A DNA stretch of 63,981 nucleotides, filler included, from Gonapodya sp. JEL0774 (GCA_027604505.1; 4 parts of 4 records of this genome joined end to end with filler, not necessarily neighbours in it), one strand, 5' to 3'. Numbered from the whole stretch's first letter, positions 13,601-26,323 are shown. A program made the numbers and translations. The notes: generated by a model not told the origin, from the sequence alone.

Positions 13601-15207
13601 ATGCCTGTGTGTACTGTGTTCATATTCAGTACCAGCAACTCCCCACATTCTGACTCCCCCATTACTTCAATCCCACTCCCCAGCTCGCTGTCGACCTTCT
13701 CAATCCTTCAACCGCATCTGAAAAGCAAAAACACAAACTCAAGAGACTCGTCCAGTCTCCAAACTCTTTTTTCATGGACGTTAAATGTGGTCGTGAGTAA
13801 TTATGGTGTTGGGTATCGGTGGGTCTAGGCCGCCTCGCGTGGATCCTCAGTTGCTCGCGATCGGCCAGTCGCAATCACGGTCGAATGAACCTCATGAAAT
13901 ATCACCGTCAGTGATGGAGAGGGGAGGATAGGGATATGATATATGATGCACGACCGACATGCCAAGAGGAGAACTGCATTGCGAGACAGTGAGAACATCG
14001 GATTGTATCGCACCCTCGACTCCCTCTCGCCCATGTAAAATTGTCTGTTCGAAAATAGGGAACTTTCCTGCGTAGGAACGAAGTGAACTGTGGAAAGCGG
14101 ATGTCAACAGTCCAACAGCGAACCAGCCAGGACGAGGGATTGAGCGGCTCACTATACTCTTTCAAGTTCGCTCTTGGAAAGGTGTAGCTGCGTATTAGAA
14201 TACAATGGAGCGAGTTCAAAGTGGCAAAAGCGCATTGAGAGTCTGTGACACTGACCGTGGACCTGACCATCGATGTCCACAATTTATTCGGAGTACACAT
14301 CGGAATGTGACTGCCGAACCTTGTCTCATAAACCACTCCTCTTCTTTGCTATCTCCTTTAATCCACCCGCCCCCACCCCTATCGGACTCCCATCGCCCAC
14401 GTTCCGAAACCCCACCATTTATCAGAATGCTTCACCATCTCCACCATCTTCTCTCACGCCCAATCCGTCGTACCCTGCCCGAAATGCGCCAGTGTGATTT
14501 GCATGCCTACAGGAGGCAAGGCGAGGTTGGCCGAAGGTGAGTAAGGTCCCGGCGGGGGAAGACGCGATGTGACCATGAGGCGGGATGTGTCATTTGGGGA
14601 CAAGTACGTACCGAAAGCAATCGGGGACGCTGCGCTCCTATCTATGAGAACTTGCCGCGATCCCAATTGTCTTGGCGAACGGAGGCAGGACCGTCGCGGG
14701 GCCCACCATAGTACTTGCAATACACCGAACATGGAATCGTCGGTGTCATGGAGGCATGAAATTAGAAATGAACCAACTCGTGATGGTGATTTGACGGGAG
14801 AAAACGCTGACCTTGTCCGGGATACCACACTCTTACGGTTGTCCCTCTCGGGACACACAATTGGCGAACACGGGACACGGATGTCAAGGTGTGACGGTGA
14901 GAGCCCGTTTGCCAGTGCGTCTAACAAGTGGAGACTATTTCGATGGGAGCGGGAACCGCTCATGAAACCGTGGAATATACTTGACCCAGATATTTCAACC
15001 GGACGGTGCATCGGGGTACAACTTCTGAGGGTCGGCAATGGTGGTTGCTGTTGCACAGCGCAATGGAAGTGCTTTGAGCTGTCCCATAGCCTCGACATGC
15101 CGCCCTTGACACTTCGCGCAACAGATCTGGTATCTCACCCTTGCTTCTCGATCACCCCTTGCTCGTTGCATTCTATAGGGAGTTCCTTCCGGCGCAAAGC
15201 TGCATGA
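13601..15207 (+). CDS. RPS27: 40S ribosomal protein S27 (eS27)
   Basis: Exons 13601-13606, 13684-13792, 14426-14536 and 15179-15207 give [84 protein letters not shown]. Confidence 0.97.
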
Positions 15208-16216
15208 AAGAGAGCATGAGCTTGCTGAGAGGACCATGGAGCTGGTGGCCATGTAGCCGATGATTCTCTGCCACCACACGATTTGAGAACGGACTGCGAT
15301 AATATGAGTGGGGGTTTCGGACATTCGTGTGACGATGTGTGCCATTTGTGGTGTCAGGGCAGATAGGAGCGGGAAGCTGGCTAGATTGTACGTAAAGGAG
15401 GGATCTGTCAATCCCCGAGACAACAATGAATGCACATTGCAAGTCCGTCCCAGGCTTTAATATTTGGCTCGACGACGAGTATGGCGTTCTTAATCGTTGA
15501 CGCAAGTGCACTTGTGGAGTTCAAGTGAAGTTGGTTTGTTTCGGGGCGATGGTCATGATGCAGCGGCAAATTAACAGGATTCTCGAGTGTGCGACTTGTC
15601 AACTGTCTACTAGCAAAGTACATCTCACGCATTCAGGTCGCGGCATGCGAGACACAACATATTGACCACTCTTCCACTTTTGCGCCAGAATTCCTGTCCT
15701 TGTGCCTTTCATCGGGTGCAGGCTCGGTTGGGTTCCTTTGCGAGATCTTGAAATTGCCGAGATCGCGTTGTACACTACACTCACTTCTTTCCGGATTTCC
15801 CGTGACTACATCTTCACACGCCACAAGACCCCTGGCTCCATTTCTCTTCCCGAGTTGGTGCAGGAATGTCACCGTTTGTCTGGTACGCAATGGGACAACA
15901 AATGGTCTTGATTACGGCATCAGTACTTGACACGCTGCTATAGGCTATGGAGGAACGGAGAACCAAACTCTAAGTCCGGAAATGGTCACTCAATTGAATC
16001 CTTGCAATGGCTAGTGTCGTTTGGACCTCCCACGTCCCGAATTGGGCATTGGAGTCAGGCTCGACGATCTGCCATGAGGCTTTGGTATTTGTCTCTTTCA
16101 TACTAGGCATGCATGCTGCACCAAATCCCGAGATCCGAGATGTGGAGGGGTTCGGGTCCGGGTTCCTGGGGGTGGGTACGTTAGTGCGTATCTAGGTCAG
16201 AGACGTATGTAGGGCC

Positions 16217-16316
16217 NNNNNNNNNNNNNNNNNNNNNNNNNNNNNNNNNNNNNNNNNNNNTTAATTAATTAANNNNNNNNNNNNNNNNNNNNNNNNNNNN
16301 NNNNNNNNNNNNNNNN
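16217..16316. other. Assembly gap (N-run with TTAATTAATTAA linker)
   Basis: 100-nt N block; similar blocks at 32492-32591 and 48740-48839, and a plain N gap at 61084-61180. Confidence 0.95.
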
Positions 16317-18866
16317 GTGTTGATCATGGTCTTGGACGCGAGGGATCCGGACGGCACACGGTGTAGGTTGGTCGAGAGGAGGTTGAAGAAGGAAAGCCCA
16401 CACAAGCACATTGTATTTGTGCTGAACAAGTGTGATTTGGTGCCTACGTGGGTGACGGTGAGTTGACTTGAACCGACTGGCAATGGAGACGACATATTCT
16501 ACATGGAAGGAACGGAGAGATCAACCAACTCGCCACTCTCGGTGATCTTCCGCGAACTGCTTGCCATCAGAACTATCTTTCAAGAACCACGTTGAAGTCA
16601 GGGTCACGCATCCCCATCGCGTCCAACCCGTTACAACAGTGGAAGAATCAAACCCCCTCTCCGCTCTCTCGTCCTTCACCTTTTTACTCCTCATCTCTTT
16701 TCCGTGCACGTCTTGTGCGTGGAGCTGCTCCCTCGGGGTGGTTGAGGTGGGGTGGCGGGGTGGACATGGGGACGAGCAGGGTCGTGGGGGGGTGTGGTTT
16801 CGAATGAGAGTAGAGGCCGCCACGGTGTATCTTGTGGGCGAACTCTTAGTATGAGGGACCAAAATTTATTATTCTCGTTTCGTTGTTTCTGTTCGGAAGC
16901 TCGTCAGGATCGAGGCAGGACGAACGCCAGGGGACCGTTATACAGCAGTTTACTGACACCTGGCCCCCTTGTCTTATCCCTGTCACCCACCACTCGTCCT
17001 CCCCGGTATCCGCACATTCTGGTAGGCACGATGGGTCAAGGTCTTGTCCGCCGAGTACCCCACACTCGCCTTCCACGCGAGTCTCAAGAACGCCTTTGGA
17101 AAGGGGGACTTGATCACACTGCTCAGGCAATTTGCCAAGCTCCATGCTGATAAGAAACAAATTAGTGTCGGATTCATTGGGTGAGTCACTTGAAATTTCC
17201 TGGCTCCATGAATCGTTGGTGGTGAGTCTCACCAACTGTGTCTTCAAACCATCTCCAGTTACCCCAACGCAGGCAAATCCTCCATCATCAATGCTCTCCG
17301 CTCCGCCAAAGTCTGCACCGTCGCACCCCTCCCCGGTGAAACCAAGATCTGGCAGTACATCACCCTCACCAAGCGCATCTACCTCATCGATTGCCCCGGT
17401 ATCGTACCTCCGAGTTCTGAAATGACGGACGCCGAAATTGTTTTGAGGGGTGTGGTGAGGGTGGAAAATGTCGCCATGCCAGAGCAGTATGTGGAGGCGG
17501 TTGTTCAGAGGTGTGGGAAGGGGTACTTGGAGAGAACGTACGGTGTAGCAGGGTGGGAGACTGCCGAGGAATTTTTGGAGATGGTGGCCAAGAAAGGGGG
17601 AAAGTTGCTAAAGGTTGGTGGTCTTGTGTTGCTGACGAGCAATAACGCTGAGTGTGCCTTGATTATTGTCTCCAGGGTGGTGAAGCCGATATATCCACCG
17701 TTGCAAAGATGGTCTTGAATGACTGGCTGCGCGGCAAGATTCCTTTCTTCACACCACCTCCTTCTGCTCCCGGAGACAAGCCCGCCACAGATGGGGAATC
17801 CAAGGCGATCGCGGATAGTCCGGCGGAACCCGCGTCTGAAACTGCTAACGGTGCTCCCGTCCAATCTTTCGGAACGGAAGCAATAAAGCAACAATTTTCG
17901 AGGATTCGAGTCACGTCCGATTATTTGCCCGAGGACAGAAAAGCCCCTGCTGATGACGAGGACCTGGAAGATGTGGACGGGAGCACCGAAAAGGCAGGGG
18001 AAGAGGGTGAGGAGGACAACGATAGTGATAGCAATGGGGATAATGAGGAGAAGGAGGATGCAGAACCATCGTGGGAGGACTTGGTCGGTGCTGTTACAAG
18101 CACCACAGTTGACGCACAGGTAGCCGACAAAGCCAAGGGTAAATCGCGCGCCACCGAAACCAGTTCAGACGCTGACGTATTCAACCCTCAGATGGTGTCT
18201 GAAGCACTGAAGTGGGCGGAAACGGAGCTTGACTTGGACGGTTCGGACAACGGCGAAGATAACGAAGTAGACGATTCTGCGGGCATTCCCGTGGACCCTA
18301 CTACATCGGTCAAAGACGCTATCGCCCTGGAAGCTGAAACATTCCTCGCGAACACTCTCGTGGTTGGAGTGAAGCCGCCGAAGCGATCACGGGCACCTGC
18401 CTTTGTGGTAAAGGACCAAGCGGTTGAGTCTGTACCTGAAACGCCTGCAGTAGCTGGAAAGAAGCGAAAGGCCGCGTCGACTGTCGAGGTGCCTGCTCCT
18501 GCAACCAAACGCAGGAACGTTAAAAGCACCTCGTCCACGGAGAAGAAGCCCCAGCCAGCCGTTGAAGAGAGTAACGACGAACCTGATTCGGAATTGGAAT
18601 TGTCAGACGCGGATGATGTCGATGTTCCAGCTGTGGAAAGCGACGAGAAAGCGGCCTCTGAGGACATCAAAGACGTTGGTGATGTGACCAGTCGCCGCGT
18701 CTCCAAGGAGAAGCGGATGACTACCAACAAAAAGAAGGTTGGGACACATTATTATGAGAAGGCGAACGTGAAGAACCGGAATAGAGATCGGAAATCTCCA
18801 GAGAAGACTGCCACTGGAGTCAATGCCGCTCGAGGTGGAAAGGGAAGCAAGTCTCAGCGCAAATGA
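16317..18866 (+). CDS. NOG2: Nucleolar GTPase Nog2/GNL2 (5' end lost in gap)
   Basis: Motifs [101 protein letters not shown]; basic C-tail [18 protein letters not shown]. Confidence 0.95.
16585..16866 (+). ncRNA. snR191: Box H/ACA snoRNA, snR191/U19(SNORA74)-like, in NOG2 intron 16458-17025
   Basis: 5' hairpin pocket AGTCA (16596-16600)/GTTAC (16630-16634) and 3' hairpin pocket GAGAGT (16806-16811)/TAGT (16847-16850) are complementary to LSU helix 69 GUAAC-U-A-U-GACUCUC. ANA boxes lie 14 nt after each pocket start, with a long central hairpin between the two guides. Confidence 0.85.
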
Positions 18867-19141
18867 CCATTGTCTCATTTTCACTATCATGAAGTACAAT
18901 ACCCTATCCGTTAGATACCCTTACATGATATATAAATTGATATGCGTATTCTCATTCTTGATGGTCCTCAGTCCGCTGAAAATCCTGCCAACCCAAATTA
19001 CCAGCTGCACTGATTCGTTTACTGGCGAGAACAATCTGTCGAGCTGGATCGATTCTAAGAACCTGCCGGTCTCTACTTCATCGTTGGCGCTGTGTCGTGA
19101 TCCGCATACGAAGCTCCCTGTATTGCTTTTCTCTTTCCACC

Positions 19142-20185
19142 ATGTCATCGCTGCATGCCACACGGCACCTCGTCGCATTTCGACATCGAATCGCACAAAT
19201 TGGACAGAGTAACGCTCGAGTATATAGTACAGCAACAAAAGACTTACTCAAAGAGCTTCGTGGAGCCTTGTAAGGGTTGCCTTTTCGTCTCTTCATTCAA
19301 TTGCGGTCTATCTAACCTGTTCATCCTGATTCTCTGAATGTATAGAATCGCGAACGAATCCACGGCGTGGTCTCTCTACACACAGGTCCGAAAAGACCCT
19401 AGCCTCTTTTCTCAGCTCCGAGTAAATGAGTTTCGGGATCTGCTCTGCTCAGGGCCGATTCCCTCGAATCCCAATGTCGATGCGAACTCATCGATGCCAT
19501 TTCCCGATGAAGTGCTCGCCGACATGAGGAAGCATCCCACTGCTCGGCCCACAGTCTTGGAATATAATTTATTGGCAGCATCGCACATATCGGATTGGAC
19601 TATCGGTGGGATATCCGAAACCTTAATGTCAATTGAAGAAACATGCTCATGCTGCTAAACTTCTTAGGGGATGCGCTTGGTTTCCTTGGGACCATGCGAA
19701 GTGAAGGTGTTCGACCGAACGAGAAGACATACGAGCATTTGGTGAGCTGTGATTGACGGTATCACCCAGGGTAACAAAACTGATTACACTTGTCCTTCGC
19801 CAGGTTAAGGTAACCACCACTCAGATTCTTCCGCTTTCATTATCATGCTACTCACGCTTTTCTGTTCTGCATGGCTCCCGTTCACTTGCTAAGGCGGTTT
19901 TGGCACGAGGAGATGTGGCAGGGGCCGAACGGTATTTCTTAAATCTAACTTATCGAAGTATGCATCGGCCCACTAATATATCTTGTTCCAGGCTAGTTGT
20001 CGAAGAAATGCAAAGGGATGGGGTCAGTTCGATTTCAGAATGCGCAACTTGACCACAGGAATATTGATGACTCGGTCCGGACACAGGTCAAGGGTAATGT
20101 GGGAATATTCGGTGCTTTGGCAGAGGGATATGTGCAGAAGAGGCAAAATGACACTTTGGAAAGTGCATTCAAGACGGATCCATGA
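19142..20185 (+). CDS. Short pentatricopeptide-repeat protein, probably mitochondrial; possibly truncated
   Basis: Presequence-like MSSLHATRHLVAFRHRIAQ...; PPR-like units LADMRKHPTARPTVLEYNLL, FLGTMRSEGVRPNEKTYEHL, VVEEMQRDGVKGNVGIFGALAEGY; about seven exons. Confidence 0.7.
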
Positions 20186-20924
20186 AGCTAGTGCAACACC
20201 GTCCCACCCACATCAACTTGCTTTGTCACTGTGACCAAGACAACGCTTACATCGTTCTTCTGGCCGACAATCGACTGCATGTTTCAGTCAGACTTCTTTG
20301 ACCATTCTTACTCATGGAAGAGAACAGCCGATACCACGATAGTGCTGAATTATTATGTGCTGAATTATTATGTAAGCGTAGTGTTGACAACCAATACCAT
20401 GCCGTGGGTGTAGACGCAGCAAAACTAGGGACAGAAGAGGTCGTCAACGCTAGCGCGATGATCGGGTGGTCTCTGATATCCCTTGTGACAGCGAATCGCG
20501 AATTACATAATTGCGACTGTATGTACCAACGTCGGTACCGTGTAAGACCTCAGCACTACAAACGCTTTTTGGACATAAACGATAATTGATACCTCCACAA
20601 CGTCACCTAAGAGAAGTGGAAACTGTGCATGTAAGTCAACTCTGCCAACAAACACGACTGACCATTTCCACAAACCCCAAACACGCCCACTACTACCGTC
20701 CAGATACCAGTTGGTATGCGGATGAAATCGCCGTGGTGGATCTCGGCGTTTCATAGTGTGTTGGAGTCTTGACGAGCAGAAGCATCCGCCCTGTCGTGTC
20801 ACCGAAGGGGTAACAGAGGGTTACACCTGCACGGTTACAAGTTGCAAGCGCAATCAGTCACGTTTCAAGTCAGTAACAGTATGTACCAATTATCTATAAA
20901 TACAATAACTTCACTCACAAGTCA

Positions 20925-21019
20925 TCGGAAAATGGTGTCCCAAACGGACTGGCGTTCAGATCCGTCCTGTCTTCGGAAAAGGGCGTCCCAAACGGACTGG
21001 CTTTCAGATCCGCCTGTCT
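20925..21019. repeat. Two-copy tandem repeat, 48-bp period
   Basis: TCGGAAAATGGTGTCCCAAACGGACTGGCGTTCAGATCCG... recurs at 20973 with few changes. Confidence 0.85.
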
Positions 21020-21595
21020 CCCATACCCGATTGCGGGGCTTGACAAATCCACTATCGATGAGTTGAGGCAGGGTGTTGGGGATCTGCTCTCCTCCTTGAT
21101 TGGTGTATCCCGACTGTGTGGCCTCATGATGAGAAATAGGTTTGACGAATTGAGCACAATCGGGACCGTTCCGACTCGAGCACGTCCACTCACGTGTCCG
21201 CTACCCCAAAAAGCCAGCCTCTACGTGTCGGTTGTTCACTCAAAGTCACCCGTTTCCTTAACGTCTGGCTCCCATTCGAGCCAGGCTCGGACCGTGGGGA
21301 AGCCGTAGCACCTCTATGTCAACAAAAACGCAGGTGAGCACAAGCCGCGACCGTTCCGACTCGAGCACATGCACTCACGAATCCGGTGTCCCCGAAAGCA
21401 AGCCTCCGCCTGTTGCCCACCGTTCGCTCAAGGTCGGACACTCCCTGGACAACTGACCACCATTCACGCGAATTTCGGGCTGTCTCGCAACGCCTCTCTG
21501 AACACCACCCCTGCCGGATTCCTGATCCGCTCCACGGGAGTAAGGGGTGGCTGTTCGAACCAAGCTTCGATGATTTGCTTGAGCTGGATCCAATC

Positions 21596-22207
21596 TCAAG
21601 TCTCTGTGTGGAGCAAAAATGCTGTCGCGACTGGGTGGCGAAGCCCATGAGTGTCCGAGAGCGACTGGTTACGATGATCAGCAATCTGCATTACGTTTGA
21701 TCTCAGCGAAGAACTCTGGCCGCTCATGCTCCCTCGTTGCGCATCCGAGGCTTGAGGTGCAACATTAGCTGATGTGAGGGCATCAGAAGCTCCGAATTTT
21801 TCTGCCTCAATCAGCATTTCAGTGGCTCGCTGTTCCTCATTCAAGTGCAAAAGCTCCGCGGCATCTTCTGCCTCAATCAACATTTCAGTGGCTCGCAGTT
21901 CCTCATTCAAGCGCAAAAGCTCCGCGGCAGTTTCTGCTGCAATGCTCTCCGCCTTGACACGAGCTTCAGAAAGTGCATTGTGTGGGGACGGCAATTGACC
22001 GTTGCCACCGTCAAGGAGTTCCTTGGCTGCATAGGAGTATATTAGCTGCCAATCTTGCCATGCAGCAATCTGCTGCTCCTTTTGTTTAGTGTGCCGCGCT
22101 TTCTTCCGCTCAAAAGCGATCTCCGCATTCTTCCTCCACGTGATTGCATCTTTCAAACAGTATATCAAAGACTTCTTATCCTCAATTTTTCGTCGTAGCA
22201 AGTGCAT
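21596..22207 (-). CDS. Hypothetical coiled-coil protein with a 22-aa internal duplication
   Basis: 203-aa ORF; AAELLRLNEELRATEMLIEAE followed by AAELLHLNEEQRATEMLIEAE. Confidence 0.45.
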   Translation of the reverse strand: MHLLRRKIEDKKSLIYCLKDAITWRKNAEIAFERKKARHTKQKEQQIAAWQDWQLIYSYAAKELLDGGNGQLPSPHNALSEARVKAESIAAETAAELLRLNEELRATEMLIEAEDAAELLHLNEEQRATEMLIEAEKFGASDALTSANVAPQASDAQRGSMSGQSSSLRSNVMQIADHRNQSLSDTHGLRHPVATAFLLHTET

Positions 22208-22557
22208 ATGTAGAGGTTCGTCTCGTCGAATTTCACCGTGAGTATATATTTCTCCATCTTGCCAGTTTCGCGTGCCGTTGCAGACGACGTGTCTCTGCTT
22301 CCCATCGTGCTGCTTCTATTTGACGTCTCTGAGATTTCGTCAACTTCATCGGCACCCCTTTATCCAGTTGCGTGGCCAATCGATGCTGTCTCCTAATTGC
22401 AGCTGCATGTTGCTGCTTTGATTTGGTCTACCGTTGTCCAACTTCGAGTCCTCCCTCGTCCTCGGCATGCAGTCGTTGGGATAGTTGGTGGGCCGCTGCA
22501 GACCAATAGAGAGAAACAATTCATAATCATATTAGATCGATGAAACGCACATAGTAA

Positions 22558-22736
22558 GGATGACACCCCAAGCACCGAACCCCCTATTTTCAAATATTCA
22601 GACTTTTCCACTTCTGGATAAGCCAAAAATGCCTTTTTTCATGTAGTTTTTATATACACCTGCTTTTAATTGCTACAAACTGGTTTTTGGAGGTGTTGAC
22701 TGGTTGGGGCAATTATGTGGGCTTAGGGTGTCGTCC
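22558..22736. mobile_element. Possible MITE-like element bounded by imperfect inverted repeats
   Basis: GGATGACACCCCAAGCAC (22558-22575) vs GGGCTTAGGGTGTCGTCC (22719-22736), 15/18 complementary; AT-rich interior; no clear TSD. Confidence 0.3.
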
Positions 22737-23057
22737 ACCATACAGACTCAAGGGCACGGGAGTTGGAGTGTTCGAATACAGGTGCAGCAACGGGGGCTGA
22801 TTAGACCTGTCGATTTTGTCTTTTTTGTAGTTCAATGGTTTGGTTGACGGGAGTTGACTTCATTGTGCAGGCACCAGGATGGAGTGAGAGACAGGTGATA
22901 CGAAAAAAATACGATTCAAAGTATGTTGATTCTTCAAAGAAATCATTGCAATATCGTTTTAGGTAATTGCGACTTGACAGAAACATCCCTTGTGTTTGTA
23001 ACAATTTGTAGTGCACAACATTAAGTTGACTGATATACCGTGGATTTTGATTCCCCG

Positions 23058-24587
23058 TCACTCATCCTTCTGCACCCATCCAGCAATCGTGTTGATGACT
23101 GCATCTGCTGATAGTCTGTCATTTGCGTTAACCGTAATTAACTGTTGAATCAGGTCTTTGACTTCCGGCCTCAAACGCGGCGCTCCGATGGTGCATGCAG
23201 AGTGGGAATCAGAAGGGAAGTTGACACTGGCAGAGAATGACAAAAAAATCAATCAGAATGCATAGCATCTACAGCTGAAATGTTGATAGATCAGCTTACG
23301 GTCCAACGAATGATGAGACTTCGAGTTTGAAACTCTCAATGTCACCCGGAGGAGCGTTCCAAGGGAGACGTCCTGTGGACACTTCATACATTGTCACACC
23401 AAGGCTCCACATGTCAGCCTTCGAATCCGCATCAAATGTTCCACCAAGCAACAGCTCCGGTGCCATGTATTCCATTGTCCCGCGCGCCGTATTCAAGTTT
23501 AACTTCGGCATAACCAGGGATTCGCCAAAGTCCGTGAGAACAATCTGTGGGGTCGTATCGTCGTCACGCCATTCACAGAATAAAGATGCCGGGGCGCCGT
23601 TTGGGAAGTGTAGCAAGAAATTTCCAGGCTTAACATCGTAATGCACGACCCCACGAGAGTGAATGTACTTAAGTGATTTGGCGATGGATGAGAAGCAATG
23701 CTGAATCTCCTGGGATGTGAGCGTTCGAGTCATAATACCAGTATTCGGATCGACATACAGCGTACCACCCCGAGAAAGATGGTCATGGTACTTCGCGGGG
23801 TTCTGGGTTTGTGCCTTACGAGCTGCCTTCCACTGCGCGGCGCTTGCTTTGCCAGGAGAGAGTAATGTGTCGAGAGACCCTCCGTTTGCCCTATCAAGTG
23901 CAATGAAAAGACATTGGGTGGGAGCCCCTTGATTGATAAAAAAGCATAGATGAGGACTTTGACATAATTTTTTGAGCGAGCAACTATGTCAAACACACCA
24001 TTTCCATTGATTCGAAATTCATCTTCTACCCACGTGAACTTGTATCCAAGGATGCTCCGATCCCTGGTAAGATGCCCACATCATCAATCACTCATAGTGT
24101 TAATTGCGGAATACGATCACCTGGTAGTTACTCACTTGAGGCCTTTCATAATCTTGACCTCGTTCAGCCCCGCATGCAGCAGTCTATGATCCGTCCCCAC
24201 ACCAATTATTTTCAAGGCTACATCATCAATCGCGACTCCTGCCACTCTCTGACGTGCCTCAAACACGGATCCTGAGCCTCCTGTTCCCAGACGTCTGCCT
24301 AGCTCAAAGTTATTTGCGGCGAATCCTGTATTCTGGTCCGCCTGACCGTGACCAAGCACATTTGCCGACTTGGTACGTTCAGTCTCACGATTGGCGGTCT
24401 GTCTAGTTCCTGACGTAGTGGAGATCTTGAATCTTGTAACAGAGATGATTCGCCGGGACGTTGAGCCATCGGCTGGACAAAGCAATCTGGGAGGGACAAT
24501 TCAAAAGTCCGTGATGGATGAGACTCAAATATCAACACAGTGTGTTCTAACTGGAACACTTGCTCACCGCCTCTGCGAACTTAACAT
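23058..24587 (-). CDS. Ser/Thr protein kinase (multi-exon, non-RD)
   Basis: LGTGGSGSV, VALKII, NEVKIM, HYDVKPGNFL, DFGES, GTMEYMAPE, DMWSLG, ANDRLSA. Start uncertain. Confidence 0.85.
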
Positions 24588-25251
24588 GGAACGCTCGTTG
24601 GGGTTTTCAATTTCGTCATGTGCGTGATCCACAGTCGATGTAGGAGGATCAACCAGTTCGTCCACGGTGTCATCAGGAGTGGAAACCACCGTCGCCGTCG
24701 CACGGAGGATAATGGGTGATTCATTCTTGGGTCCGGTTTTCGGGTAGCGCAGTGATCTAGCGGATCAGAATTCAAAAGCAATAATGCCCCCGCCGGGAGG
24801 GCATGTATATGAGACTCAAAATTTTGCCATCATAGAAAATGATTCTTATTCCAATTGCCAACTTAAACTTACGAGGTTGCAGGGAGCAAAGGTGTGTGTA
24901 CATTTGGGGTCATGTCCGCCGCAAAGGCTATATTCGGGGACCCAACACCAGATTGGAGCTCTACATTGCTGGACCGGTTCACTGGCAACTTAGAGTTTGA
25001 AGCATCTTCCGCTGCAAAGTTCATTCAAGTTAGCGAACTACGTGATCGTTTCGCAAAGGTCATGGGGGAAGACTCACAATCCAAGGACAGCCCAGGGGAG
25101 GAATCGGCGCCAGCACCTTGATCAAATCCACCTTGCCGTTCGGCAACGAGTGTTATCGTTTCGTCCACAGTATTTCCAGATGCAAAATCAGCGCCTTGAA
25201 CACGTCGAGCCGGTGTCGGTGCCTTCATCTCTGTGCCTTTACAAAGGATAT

Positions 25252-26323
25252 TTAGATTAAGGAAATGTTAGAAGATGACTGTTGTACAAGATACTTCCTA
25301 GTCAACAAACCATGATCAGAACGCTCAACCGTTGGTGTCTGCTCCGAGCGGGTAGGCGCGGACTTGTAGGCTTCCCGACTTGCAAGCTCCTCTCCTTTCC
25401 GATCGTTGTTGGCCCCACCACGTTCTTGGAAGACGACACCCTGCAGCGCAAGTGGTTCAGAATAGCCGTCCTTCCCTGAATCTCTGGGATTTACACGAGT
25501 GCGGCGAGTGAGATTGTTGATGTTGTCGTCGAACTCGTACTCAATTGCTTGTTTACCGACACGACGACTTCGACGGGAGCCCGGTTGAGGTAGTTGGGGT
25601 AGTGCCAACACAGTAGCAGGACCGAGCGCAGTGGAAGGTGCAAGGGCTAGTCTCTCTTCAGGCTGAGCCAATGGGGGAGCGGGAGCTAGATCTCCTGCCG
25701 GGACAGGTCGGATAGTCGAGTCACTTGTCGGCACCACAGGAAGAACACTCGATACGGCAGAAACCAGTAGGCTGTTGAAGTAGTAAAAGTGGTGAGCATT
25801 TCCTTTTTCAGATACTTTAAGCACTTCAACGGTCAAATGAGGACGGCATCCGCTACGAGCCTTTGTAATTTGTCTGGTCGGGCTTGAACTTGGTCCATCT
25901 GATTCCAGCGCACGCGCGCGGTTCGCAATCTAGACATGAATGGAATCAGTCGGACTCAGAATCAAGGGCCCTCGAGAATTCGATAGCTATCCCTACCCTG
26001 CTTATGGGATGCAACGGGTTTGCCAGCACCGCAGTCTGCTGGTACACCACACGACCTTGATGTGGACCTTGAACGTTGTCAGTCTCGGTGACTTTCAAAT
26101 CCGCGACAGGCTTTGCAGGTGGTTTCCGTTTGGGAGCCATTGCTGTCTGTTTCTGAGTAAACTTGACAATCACAGGTGGAGGGAAAAGGTCCGTGCCTCT
26201 GGAGGGAGTCCCATGTGACAAACTTATGCCCCACTTGTTCGGTATCCACTCGTCCAAAGCCGTCCCTGTGATCTTTGCCAGCAAGGTGGTTGCGGAATTG
26301 TCCAAACCTGTCGCGTTGTTCAT
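25252..26323 (-). CDS. Hypothetical protein (fragmented ORFs)
   Basis: Consecutive minus-strand ORFs of 125 and 194 aa with basic NLS-like MAPKRKP; no recognised family. Confidence 0.3.

Noticed and set aside
14454..15511. Overlapping ~200-aa ORFs on both strands
   Set aside because: They fall in RPS27 intron 3 or its antisense; no protein-like features.
16261..16272. TTAATTAATTAA palindrome in three N-runs
   Set aside because: Artificial all-frame stop linker inserted at scaffold gaps; not biological.
20925..21400. Short direct repeats resembling a CRISPR array
   Set aside because: Only two copies each, no regular spacers, eukaryotic context and no cas genes.
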